From Klebsormidium nitens (Eukaryota; Plantae; Klebsormidiophyceae), in the NCBI GenBank assembly GCA_000708835.1, contig DF237653.1, forward strand, positions 1-42,003: a stretch of 42,003 nucleotides of DNA, in the 5' to 3' direction. Each line of letters begins with the position of its first letter. The first letter of the stretch is position 1. Below are positions 13,001 through 25,000 of the stretch, piece by piece. The notes under the pieces are model-generated. The model made no database searches and was not told the DNA's origin. It worked only from the letters and a program-made list of their open reading frames with translations. The position numbers and the translations under genes are program-made.

Positions 13001-16000
13001 TCAAATCACAACTCAGACAGCAACGTAAGCCTTTAAGCAGTCCATTGCGTTAGGACCGCGGTGACGGTTTGCTTCAAACTGGGCAAACCGCTCAGGAACT
13101 ACAAGTCTCAAGTGTCCATCTTTTGACGTAAAAAGATGAAGGGCGACGAGACTATTCAGAGTTCTGCGGTGTGCCTGCCTGGGAGAAGTCTTGTTGAATC
13201 TTCTTTCCCTGCGCCGCCTTGAATTCCGTGCGCATCAGCAGGCAATACCACGGGTTTGGCTTTCTAAACTATTTGACTCCAGAGTACTGATTTAACTCAA
13301 CTCAGGCCCGACTCTTGACTTTGACGGCATAAAACTCGAGACTTGTTTCGCACCTCTTAGCCATGTTGTTGGATCACCTTCCCCTGAGCCGCCTTGGACT
13401 CAGTGCACAGCAGCGAGCGGTGATCTACTTTTAAGATTTTGGTTCTGTCTGAGACCGAGGCTTTGATGCAACTAGGCCTAACTTCACGGAAAACCAGACC
13501 TTGTTTCGCACCTGGTAAATGTCCTGTTGAATCTCCTTCCCCTGCGCCGCCTTGGACTCAGTCCGCAGCAGCAGGCGGTACCCGGCGGGCTTCAGCAGCT
13601 TGCCCAGCGTCTCGAGCCGCTTCCGCTCGTCGCCGGAGCGGATCTTGGCGGAGATGTGCACGCCGTCGCTGCGCGCAGTCAGCACCTGCATAAACGGTTA
13701 TGGGCAAGTTTGAGTATGAGAACAGTGTCAGGTTCTGAAGGCTTCGAGACTGTCCGCAGTTTCACAAAGCGACTTTAGTCCGCTCTCCAATCCGCTAGGG
13801 GATCAATGGCTGCAATGGTCACAACGTCGCCGTGCGCGGTCAGCACCTGCACCATGGTGTCAGGGTTTTGGGGATCCCAAATCCCTGATTCTTGCTGAGA
13901 TATGACGGCTCCGGAGTTCCGCAACTTGTACAGAGTGCTCTCGGGTCCGCAGGGGAGCGGAGCTTGGCGGGAGTCTGCACGCCTTCGTTGAGCGCGGTCA
14001 GCACCATTCCGAAACTTGAAACGTCCTGAGTGCATCTTCAGTCCTTTTCCAAGCGGCCGACGAAGCTCAGCCCGACGGCTCTTTCTACAAGCCTCGTTGC
14101 CATAATGACTTCACATTGAAGGCCCCTTGTAGAGGCCAGATCTGGGGCCACACCGTGGAGACTGAGTTGTCCTAATGCCAGAGCGCTGTTACCTTCCTAT
14201 GTAATGAACGAAAGGCCGAAGAGGAGGGACGCAAACAATTTGGAATGGGCTGCTGCCCCTTCCGTTTCTATGGGTAGAAAGAGCGCGGTGGATGTGCCCG
14301 AGACAAAAGTTACCACCTGTTTGATCCAATCGCCTCACACATGGCGCCCCAGGTGGCTCAGCATTACGGACACCTTGGGCACCTTTCTGCTGTACAAATC
14401 TTCTGCTGAATTTCATCGATCTCAAGCCCCTTGTATGATTGAACGAAAATGGAACTCAGAGTCCGTTCAAAGCCCTGAAGAGACTTCGTAACCGCCTCAC
14501 CACAAAGCGCCCCGGGTGGCTCAGCACGGCGGAGACCTTGGGTCCCTTGCTGCCGTACGATTCTTTGGTGCACTTGACCACCACAAAGTCGCCCACCTCC
14601 ACGTCCTGCCAGTTGCGCGACGTGGTCCATCCTGATTGGCGGAGTGCCACGTGCCCGTCTTTGCCTGGAAGGGAAGCACGAAGATCGTAGCTAAGAAAGG
14701 GCATTGATGTGCTCCGCTCTCGTTAGAGGGAAAGAGATTGCTTCTTTCCTGTAATGATTGCTTCTAAGTGATGCAGGGAAGCAAGTGGATGAATGCGTTG
14801 CTTGAGAAGCAAGCGTGATAAAAGCAGTGACCTCAAGTTCTCCCTCAATTGAGCCCTGTCCCGTGGACGTTGTGAGACACAGACGCTAGACGGGGCAACT
14901 TCTTGGTGTCGCAAATATGACGAAGCTCATGCTTTGCCTGAAATTTCTCGGGCTCTCGCATTTGTCAAACGCGTGGGTTTTTCGAAGCGCAACGTCATCC
15001 GGACGTCCGGCATTTTCGAGAGCTCCCTCTCCGAAGCCCAAAATATGCCGGTGCCTAAGGCAACAGGGGCAGGTATCAAAACAATCAAACCCATACATCC
15101 CACAGAGTTCATTGCGAAGCTTCATTGATAACAGCAGCAATACACGTACAAATCAAGTTCTGTAGAGAGCAATCTCAACGCTTCAAAGTTGAAATGGCGG
15201 CATCGATTGTACGTACCACCACCCTCCTTTCCTTCTGCATCGCCACTCTCGCCTTTCTCGTCCTCGTCTCCATCTTCCCCTCCCTCCTCCCCTAGTTGCA
15301 ACTCTTCCTCTTCATCCCCTTCCTCGGTCATGACGTCATCCTCGCCGTCATCGCCCCCTTCTTCCTCCTCGTCGCTCGCGCCCGCCTCCGCCTCCTTCCG
15401 CCCTGTTCCGTTCCGCTCGGCCTCCTTACCGGAACCGGACCCCGTTTCCAGCTCCTCAACCCCGTCGCCGAATTCCGCTCCGACACCGGAATCCGTCCCG
15501 TCACCGAAATCTTCGTCCCCACCGCCGACCGCCTCGACGCTCCCGTTGGGCAGCCGCCGGAAGACGTACGGCCGGTGGTGGTTGTATGCTTGCAGGAACG
15601 CCTTTTTGTACACGGTGACGTCGACGAACAGACCCGCCATCGCGCGCACCTTGGCGGTCACTTGCGCCAGTAGCACGTCACCAACCGACACCTGTCCAGG
15701 AAGGAAAGAACATAATCGACTCCAGAAATGCTTTCAGTTTAGGTTTTGGGAATTTGTCTGTCACAAGTGACGTCGACAAACAGCCCCGCCATCGCACGCA
15801 CTTTGGGGGGTCACTTGCGCCAGCAACACGTCACCCACCGACACCTGGCCAAGCAATCAGGCTCTTATGCGTAACAGCATTCGGAGTTGTGGATTATGAG
15901 TAACACGGTGACATTTACTAACAGACCCGCTATTGAGCATACCTCGCGGTCACTTGCGCCAGCGGGACGTCGCGCACAGCACTTGGCTGCGACCAAAAAC

Positions 16001-19000
16001 TTCCACTCTGGTTACTTGATCTGTCGCTGTTTCGAAGGAAAGCGTTGTGAACAAAAACGAACTATGGGACAGAAAAACCTTCGCAATTGTGTGCGCTTTT
16101 TCGAGAATCAATAGCTGGATTCTTCATCGTCGGGACACTTGAATCATGCGATGTCTCAAAGCGGGCTTTTGAAAGGTGGCAATGTAAGGGTGCCGGGGTT
16201 TTGACTGACACGGTCACGTTGGAAAAAAAGAGAAGAACACAAACAAGCCTGTTCTTGCTCCTTTCCTCGCTTTAACAAGGATCTCAAATCAATTTCAAGA
16301 TTGTTTGAGTCAACAATCATCCGCAGGAACCGAACAGGAACCTTTCAACTAAACCGTCTTCGACGGAACTTTGCGGCGCGTGAGTGCACCTGCTTCTCTT
16401 GCTCCAGCAGCATCTCCGCCAGCCTCCCGTCTTCCAGGATGGCGACACGTGGCATGGACGTGCGCGCCGCGTTGATGATGATCTCGCGCCGCACCTTGGG
16501 CCCCGCATCCGGTGCCTGTCAGAAGAGAAGAGTCAGTAAGTCTTCAAGTGTGGGGAGGTTTATGGAGGCGATGTGTCGGGGTAAACCAGGGGTTAGAGGT
16601 GGTTAATCATCTGGTGCCTTAGGCGCCAAACGGTTTGGCAAGGATCACAAGGCTGGCTTTGGCAAGGGTGTCCTGATACCTTGTAGCGGAAGAAGTATTC
16701 GATGAGACTTGCATGGCCGGATTGAAGTCTGTTTCATTCTTTCTCGTACAACCTACTGACGGTGTCGTCCTTCGCATGCAATCAGGCCTTCGCTTGGCCT
16801 AATTGTTTGAACGAGTTGCAACCTTCACTGACCATCTGAAAAAGACACTGAAAAGGACTGCAATTCAAGCCACTCCATCCGAGCATTGCCCTCGCTTGTC
16901 CGCCCTTGCAGAATCTCCCGCATCAGCCCCGACTCATAACTTCCTCAAAACCTCCCAGGAAAACAACCATTCCCAACAACGAAACCATCAAAGAGCTTCT
17001 TACCTCAGTTCTCCTCTCCGTCTCCGGCTCGTCCCCCTTCCCTTCCACCACCTCTTCTCCCTCGTCCCCTTCCTTCGTCCCCTTCTTCACCCCCTTGAGC
17101 TTCGCCAGCTCTGCGGGAATCGGCGCGTCCTTGGCCACTTTTCCCTCCCGCTCTAGTTCCTCCCGGAACTCCGCCTGCCGGAGCGCCTCCCGCCGGCGCT
17201 GCTCCGCGACGCGCGCCTGCACCGCGTCCTGCTGCGCGAGCCGCGCCATCTGGCGGGCCATCTTGCCCGCGTACACCTCAGGGTGGAACACCTGCCGGAA
17301 ACAAACTTGGTTAAAATTAATCCAAGACATAACTCAAGTGATCCAAGGAATGAACGTCATTCTTGGACCGTCGACCTGTCGTGTGCGCGAGGCGCGCCAT
17401 CTGGCGGGCCATCTTGCCCGCGTACACCTCAGGGTGGAACACCTGGCAAAGACGGTCTGGTCAACCTTCAACCCAAAAAATCCAAGAAGCTGACGTCGAT
17501 AATGATCTCGACCTTGATCGTGGGACGGTATTGTTTGCGCACAGGGCGTGGTGCTCAAAACGCGCCATCTGGCTTGCCCGCAGAAACTGCCGGGTGAAAC
17601 ACTTAGCAGGAACGGGCTCTTTACCTGATCTCGACTTGGAGACAGTAATCTACAAACCTAACACTGACTCATATTACCACGTCCGCAAAAGTTTCCACCC
17701 TGAACCCTTAAAGTAACCCCGCCCAGCCCAGATTGACCATCATTCCTATACAGATTTGGAGAGTGCTTTGTGTTCAATCTATGCGCGAGGAAGCGACAGA
17801 GATTTGATTTGATGTTCCTTCATGACCTTCTGTGTTTTTTACGCAAGCTTCGTTTCTCGAAGCTTGCTGCGCAGTCGTGTGAAGCTCTCCGTCGCTTTGT
17901 GCACGTTCCTCACAGATGAGTGCTTCCCTCCTTCTAAGATGCAAAATCGTTTCCGCACCTGCTGCGGCCCCAACCGGTGGTACGCCTTCTGGTAGCACCG
18001 GTTCTTGATCGTCTGCCACTCCCGATCTAGTTCCTGCAGCTCCCGCCGCAAAAGCACGTCCGACACGCCTTCCGCGGACGCACGCACGGACAGCCCGCAA
18101 CCGGGCACCGCGTTAAGGGCGACGAAGAGGAGCAGGCGGTGGCGCTCCGACCCGAGGATCGTGGGGTGGACATCCAAGATGTCGTTGCGCCCGGGGCGGA
18201 AGATCTGTACAGGAAAGCCGAGATCTAAGGAAAGACGTGGGCGTCCACAGCTGGGTTCTTTTCATTTTGGGTTTTAACACAAAGCGGGCGCTCGGAGCGA
18301 CGAATGGGGGACTGAGTTTGAAACGGCCAAACAGGATATTGGTATTGTATTGACCTCGAATCCAAAGATTCACGATTCAGAATACAGCTTCGGTTCGGAG
18401 GGAAAGCTTCCAACACTTGCGGACTCTTTGGACGGCTGACATAGGGCCTCGTGCTCAACCCCTGAAAGCTCGCCACCCACAAATACCGCAGATCGCCCCA
18501 ATTCTTTTGTATACCATTGAAGGACAGAACAGTCCCAAACTGTCCTCGACTCCCTAGAACTTTAAGCGCCTACAACCTCGACTGCAATCACGACACCCCA
18601 TATGTCCATAGTTTTCGTCACAATCTGGAGCCGTTGAAAACCAGGCACATATTAGATTCCTCAATGGAGCGACAGGATAGATGGACAGCAAACCCGCAAT
18701 CAAACATTGGCCGCCTGAGAGCGTCAGCTCTGCTTATGAATGCAGTACATTTCTCCGCTCTCAATCTTCTCACAATACCGCGCAAAATCCCTCACCATGT
18801 GGTTCCCGCTTATTTCGATCTCGGTCGACACCTCCGGCATCGGGTGGCCGTCCTCCCACGTGCGCCCGCTCGCGCTCGGCCCCTTGACTTGCACCAGCAC
18901 GTACTGGCCGCGCTTCGTCTTGGCCCAGATCGTCTCCCGTAATTCCGACGAGCACTTTTGGCCGCTTAGCTTGGAAAACAGGAACTCGTGCCGCTGATAA

Positions 19001-22000
19001 ATGACCGGCCCGTGCGACCCGGGCTGCCGGTCGGTGTGCTCGGTCTCGGGCTCGGCTTCGGACGCTTCTACAGCCGACTCGGACACTTCTGCGGTCGCGT
19101 CGGACGACTCTGTGGTTAGTTCGGACGCCTTCGAGTCAGCCCCACGTTTGGCGGCATCTGCCGTTGATTCGGACACATCAAGCGGCAATTCGGACGCATC
19201 AGCCGCTAAGCCAGGTGCATCAACCCCCGAACCGGACGCCGCTGCTACCGATTCGAACGCCACCGTCGGCATTTCGGACGCCTCTTCCGAAGTTGACTGC
19301 TCTACTTCCGCATTTGACGCTTCTTCCGTTTTTGATTTCTCCGTCGCCACTTCAGTTGCTTTTGCGGTTGTCCCTGTCTCCGTTACTGATTTAGAAGGCT
19401 CATCCCTTATCGACGCCTCTGAGGTCGCTTCCGGCGTCCCGCTCAAGGACTGCGGCGCCTCTGCTTTGGCTCCCGACGGCTCTACTTTCGCTTCGGACGC
19501 TTCGGATGCCGTCTCCGAGTCCGTGCCGGACGCAGCGTCCGTTTGGAACGAACCCACTGTGGCTCGCACAAACTTGTTCACCGATTCGGACGGCTCGCTC
19601 GCCGCGCTACTCTCTGCTTTTTTCGTTTCATCCAAATCCCGCCCCTCGGCGGACACCGACTTCCCCTCCTTCGCTTTCTCGTTTTCGCCATCCGCAGCAC
19701 TACCCTTATCCGCATTCTCGCATTCTGACACCTGTTTCGCCCCGTTCGAACCGTCCGCGCCGTTGGAACCGTCCGCACCGCTCGACCCCTCCGCACTGTC
19801 CGACCCGTCCGCGCCTCCCTTCTTCGCCTTCCACGGCGCCTTCTTCGCAAACTCCTTGTCGAACTTGTTCCACTTGCCCAGAAATCGCATCGGCACGCTC
19901 TCGAAATTGTAATCCAACACAACCGGGGGGATCGCGTTGTTCCCGGCTTCCAGGAGTACCAGAGCCCCCCCCCGCGCCGGTAAAAGCTCCTGAATCACTC
20001 CAATGAAAATCGTACCGGCCACCGGCCCGTGGTATTCGAGCGCCCGGGACAAGTCCACCAACCACGGCTCCTCCATGTAGGGGTACCCCCACACTTCTTT
20101 CAGCCTCTCCCAGGGCGCCTCCATTGCCCTGTCCACCGCCCCCCCCTTTCGAGGCAGCCCGTCGTGCGCCTCTTGCAGCTCTTGAACCAGCTTCTCGATT
20201 GGGGCGGAAGCGCCCGGCGCTTTCCTCCGGGCTACCTGCCTCACCCCCGGTTTTGTCTTCGCGTCCGTAACGTCCCCCGTAGCCGCCCGACGCTTCTCTA
20301 GTTCTTCCTCCAGAACGGCCCTCACGTCTTCTGGCAATTGGTCGCCATACCAATCCATTACCGCCCCAGCATTTTCCCGCAAAACTGTTACCACATTCTC
20401 GCCTTCCTCTAACCACTCCTCCCACGAGCCCACCAAGAGTTCCTCTTCGCTAACCGCCTCCAAACCCGCCGTTGGGTCGCTAACCCAAACCCGCACCCCG
20501 CCGTAGGATCCCTCTACCGCCTCCGCCAGATCAACATCTACCGCCCCATGCTCCTGCGCTCGTTCCCGCACTTCTTCCATGCGCTTCTCAATCTCTATCA
20601 CGTTAAGTGGGGCGTAACCCTCGGTTCCCCACAGCTGGTTAAGCGCCTCCCGAAACTGCGCTAACAGGTCTCGGTGCCGCTTTTTGCCCTCTGCCGCACA
20701 ACGGTCCACCAGAATGTTGTACAGCCGTTCTCTCAGCGCGCGGGGGGCAGTCTTGCCGGAGCTTTCCACGATGCCCTCGACGAAGTTGCGCGCGCGTTTC
20801 AGCAGGTTGAGGTAGTCGAGCTGCCGGATGCCGTTGACCCAGATGGTGAAAAGGTCGTTTGCGAACCTGCGAGGCAGAATTGAGATCTCCTTTTCTTCAG
20901 GTCTTCCGTCTCTTCGACTCTGAGAGGTCTGAAAACTGAAGCAGACTCATATGCACCTTCGGCAAACTGGAACCTCGAATGGTAATTCTAGAAACGAGCC
21001 GTGTTTGACATTCTTCGCCTGACTGTCCGCCTACAGAACTAATCTGCCTTATATAGATGCGTGGTATGCAATCTATTCCCTCATGAAATCCAGCACGAAA
21101 GCATCTGGTTAGGACCGATTGTGAAACGGCTGCGCTTCGCCTTTTCCCTCTGATAGTGGATGCATATGGAACGAATTCCTCCCCTAGATCTTTTCCATAA
21201 ACCCGCCCTTTCCGCCCTCACGAGAGTATGTTGATCCAAAACGAGGGTGCTTTTCACGTCAGATGAAGGGCACTGATGAAAACAAATCAGAGAGAAGCTT
21301 CGAATCCTCACTCGTCAAACTCGTCTTCCGCGCTCGACACGATCCCCGGGATCACGTTGCTGACGACATCCTCCAGGATGGTGACGGCAGCATCGAGCGC
21401 GCGGTCGTCAGCCAGCTTTCCCTCCAGGATCAACCGCTGAAGATCCGTTACCGCCACGTCAATCGCCTTGACCCCTCGGGACTTAAGCGCTGACCCTAGG
21501 TTGCAGATGATCTGGAACGCGGACTCGTCAACGCCAACCCCATCTACGATTTGCCCGTCAAAGGCGACCCATCTGCAGAAAGGACGGTGATTTGGTCGCC
21601 GGAGGAGACATTAGGACCAGTTTCCGCGCCCACCTTGAGCCTAACCCGGCGCCCAAACAGGCGCGCCGGAAACGCAGAAGCCCTGCCGGGAACCTCCGAG
21701 CTCGCCTGCTAACAAAGCGCCTCGAACCGCCCAAACAGTGTACAGCCGTTGCATTGTTACTTCCCAATTCGCCTCGTCGTCGTACATGAAGAAGAGACAT
21801 TAGGCGAAACGAACAATCTTTTGTTATGTGTTGTTTCTCGTCTTTTGGTCAGGTCTTGCAAGTAGCATGGGCCTCGATCGATTCTTTCCAGTTCACGGCA
21901 GAGAAGAGGCTGCACTGGATACGATTGACGTCAAACTTTCCCCCCCCTTTGCAGAATTTTTCTTCTCCTTCTCAAACTGGGAATCCCCCACAGATACAAG

Positions 22001-25000
22001 CCGTTTCATTTCAAACAAGGCAAGTTTTCCATTACCATCTTCAGAGTCAGCAAAAACTGTAGCTTTTGAAGCTTTCAAAGTTCGAAGAATGTTCAGCATT
22101 TCGATCCAAGCGTGACCCGAACATGAAATCTATTTACCGACTCAAAGGAGTCTTGTCACACACTCGATTGACCAGGACCCACTTCAACTTTACAACCTCC
22201 AGTCCCGCAAAACGCGAGCCGCCTCCAGGATGTCCTTCGAAACGACTTCAACCCTCCGTCTCATCGGTCTTTCTGTCAAACCATTTGGTTTAAACCGGAA
22301 TTCCAAGACCTTACACTCAGAACCCGAAACCGAAAAGCAGAACGCAGAACGCAGAACGCAGAACGCAGAAAGAACGCCTTTGAGACTCACCTCTCCAATA
22401 AGACCCGCGCCGCCTCCACGGTCTCGTCCGAGACGACCTTAACCGACTCCGTCTCGCCCGTCTCCTCGTTAACCTCCTCCCTAAACGACGACTGCAAACT
22501 CTTAACCACAGTGTCCGCCAGCACCGTATGCATCTCCCGTCGCGTTTGCTTTATCTCTTCCTTGGCCCGCTCTAGTTCCTCGACACTCATTTCGAGCCGC
22601 CCCCCCGACAAGTCCTCCACCCGATCCATCTGCGCGTTCTCCTTCTGGAGTTGCGCGATCTTCCGGTCGATCCACTCTATGTTCCGCTCTAGTTCTCCCC
22701 GCTCGTCGTCAGCCTCAGACTCAGCCCCTTCTTCTCCTTCATCATCCCAGTCTAGTTCCTCATCTTCGTCCTCGCCCGGAGCTTTCCTCCGAGCCCGAAA
22801 CGCCAGGGTAAATTTCCCCACCAGTTGCTTCGGAGCCTGTTCCACCTCCCCCCGCCCCTCGTCCTCTGCCTCCGACTCCCCCCCGGAAAGCTCCGCAATC
22901 AGCTTCTCTTTCTCCTCTTCGGGAAGCGCTTCGAAGTCTTTACTCCCGAAAAAGCGGCCCACCACTCCCTTCACCATTTTCGCACCGCTCGCAAGAAGCC
23001 CCGTAATACCCCCCACCTCCGCCGGTTCCGCCTGCGGGGGGGGGGTCCGTGCGCCTGCGGGGGCTGGGCGGCTCGACCCCCATGCGGAGAGCGAGGTAGC
23101 TGTGCAACCCCCCCACGGCACCAAGGAATGCCTCGGCCTCTTCTTCGTATTCGTCGTACCGTGGAATATTCAGCAAATCGTCGTTTGCACGCTGGTGAGG
23201 GGAGACAGAAAGAGGACACGTGTCAGCTCGGTACAAAATTCTGCCACGTGCCATCAGGGGGACGCGGATGCGGCAAAGCCGGGGCCCCGTTTCAGCGCAC
23301 CGATAAAGATGCGACACGTGTCAGCAGCGAAGGCTAGAGAGTGCGCGCCCCAAAAGCCACCACTCCCGGTCTCAGCAACGCCTGGAGCCTTCCAAACAAA
23401 CGATATACCCGACGATCGCTACTCCATACGATCTGCCCACAAACCGAAAGTTCACCAGTAAAACCGTCAACACCAAGGCCAATATCCTGGAGCGGAAGAC
23501 CTAAAAAGAAGACCATGAAAATCCTCCCAGAACAAGGGGTAGAAACCAGAGACGAAAACTTGCAGCATGGGACTGGAAAATGTCCTCACCGCGAGCGCCT
23601 CAAAATCCCGCCTTTCATACGCGTCCGCCATCCGCTCGAGCGGGAGCAGCGCGTTGGGCAGCGGCAGCTGATACACGTCCGACACATAGCGTATGACCCC
23701 CCGCGCAGCGGCCTCCGCGCGCGCCCACTCCCACGCGTCCGTGTCGAGCTCGCGCCAGATCTGCATCAGCAGCTCGAACGACTCCACCCATTGCACATCG
23801 ACCCACGCCCGGTACTTGGGCCACTCGGGATCGGTGATGTCAGGAACCGGGTTCTCCGCGAGAAACTGCAGCGCCTCGGCCTCCCACTGGGGGCGGTCGG
23901 AGGAAGGGTCGGCATTCTCCGCAGACTGTGAAAAGAGGAATTCGGGTCAGACTATAGTCAGAGGTAGGGTTAGAGGTGGGTTAAGAGGTAGGGTTCGCCA
24001 GGAGCTGGTAATGTCGGGAACCGGTTTCTCCGTGAGAAACTGCAGCGCCTCAGCCTCCCACTGGGGGCGGTCGGAGGAAGGGTCGGCATCCTCCGCGTAC
24101 TGTGAAGAGAGAGACAGGGTTAACATTGGGGTTAAGGTTAGAGTTAGGGTTTGCCCAGAGGTGGTGGTATCGAGAATCGGGTTTTCCGCAAGGAATTGAA
24201 GAGCCGCGCCTCCCACTGAGGGCGGGCGGAGGCAGGGTTGGCATCCTGTGCGGACTTTGAAAAGAGGAAAATGATTTTGATTGGGGTCAGGTTTAGAGTT
24301 ACGTTTGAGAAAGGGTTTGCTTGAAGCTGGTGGTGTTGAGAACCAAATCTTCCGCGAGAGTAAGGTATATACTAAGGAACAAGTTTAGAGTCAGGGTTGG
24401 TAGCGTGTGGCCGAAGCTCGTGGTCAGAGGTAGGGTCGGCATCCCCCGACGGCCGAGAAAAAGAAGACGTGCTCTCAGGACAGATCGGCAATTTCCTGAC
24501 AGGCTTCGCGGCAATCTCGGATATTGCGGATATTGCGGATATCCCTGGGGGTCGCAAGCTTAGGCAAGGTTGCTACAGCTTCAAGGGAAATGCCACTGGG
24601 CGTGGAGCGGACGTTGGTACCAAGCGTTTCAAACCAATCTTGAGCGGACTGCCGGGCATTAAGGGTACACCAGATTTTGCGGATCGTCAAGGGCACATGT
24701 GGCGTTTGATCAGCCTGCTACCCCCCCGACTATGTGTCGCCGGCGCAATCTTCGAAACTGAAAAGCCTCAAAACGTCGAACAATTCAAGGTACACGCAAT
24801 GTGGAGCTTCAAGCGGTAGAACCTCCTGATTCCGGGACTTTGAGCGCCAACCTCCCAGATCTGCCCCCGTACGCGACTCCTTGGCAGGGCTCCTGTGATC
24901 CCAACCGCCCCGCCTGCGGAAATCCCCCCGCATGGGGTAGCCCGGGGTAGCTACCCCGGGCAGGAGGGATTTCTATACCTAGTTACCATGCGCTGGAGCT

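Noticed and set aside
5020-23461. Long antisense or overlapping ORFs (5020-5721, 7852-8646, 8881-9810, 15189-15770, 19001-19912, 22511-23461, 25765-26529)
   Set aside because: Shadows of GC-rich, low-complexity exons on the opposite strand; Ser/Pro-rich translations with no motifs or splice support.
23940-24425. True interstitial telomere array
   Set aside because: Too degenerate and short; no run of perfect TTTAGGG/TTAGGG units.
17384-24445. Echoes as functional mutually exclusive exons
   Set aside because: Most copy only one junction, lack a matching second splice site, and run into stops or carry indels.
24450-24700. Possible tRNA-like segment in RNE intron 3
   Set aside because: No cloverleaf and no convincing A/B boxes.
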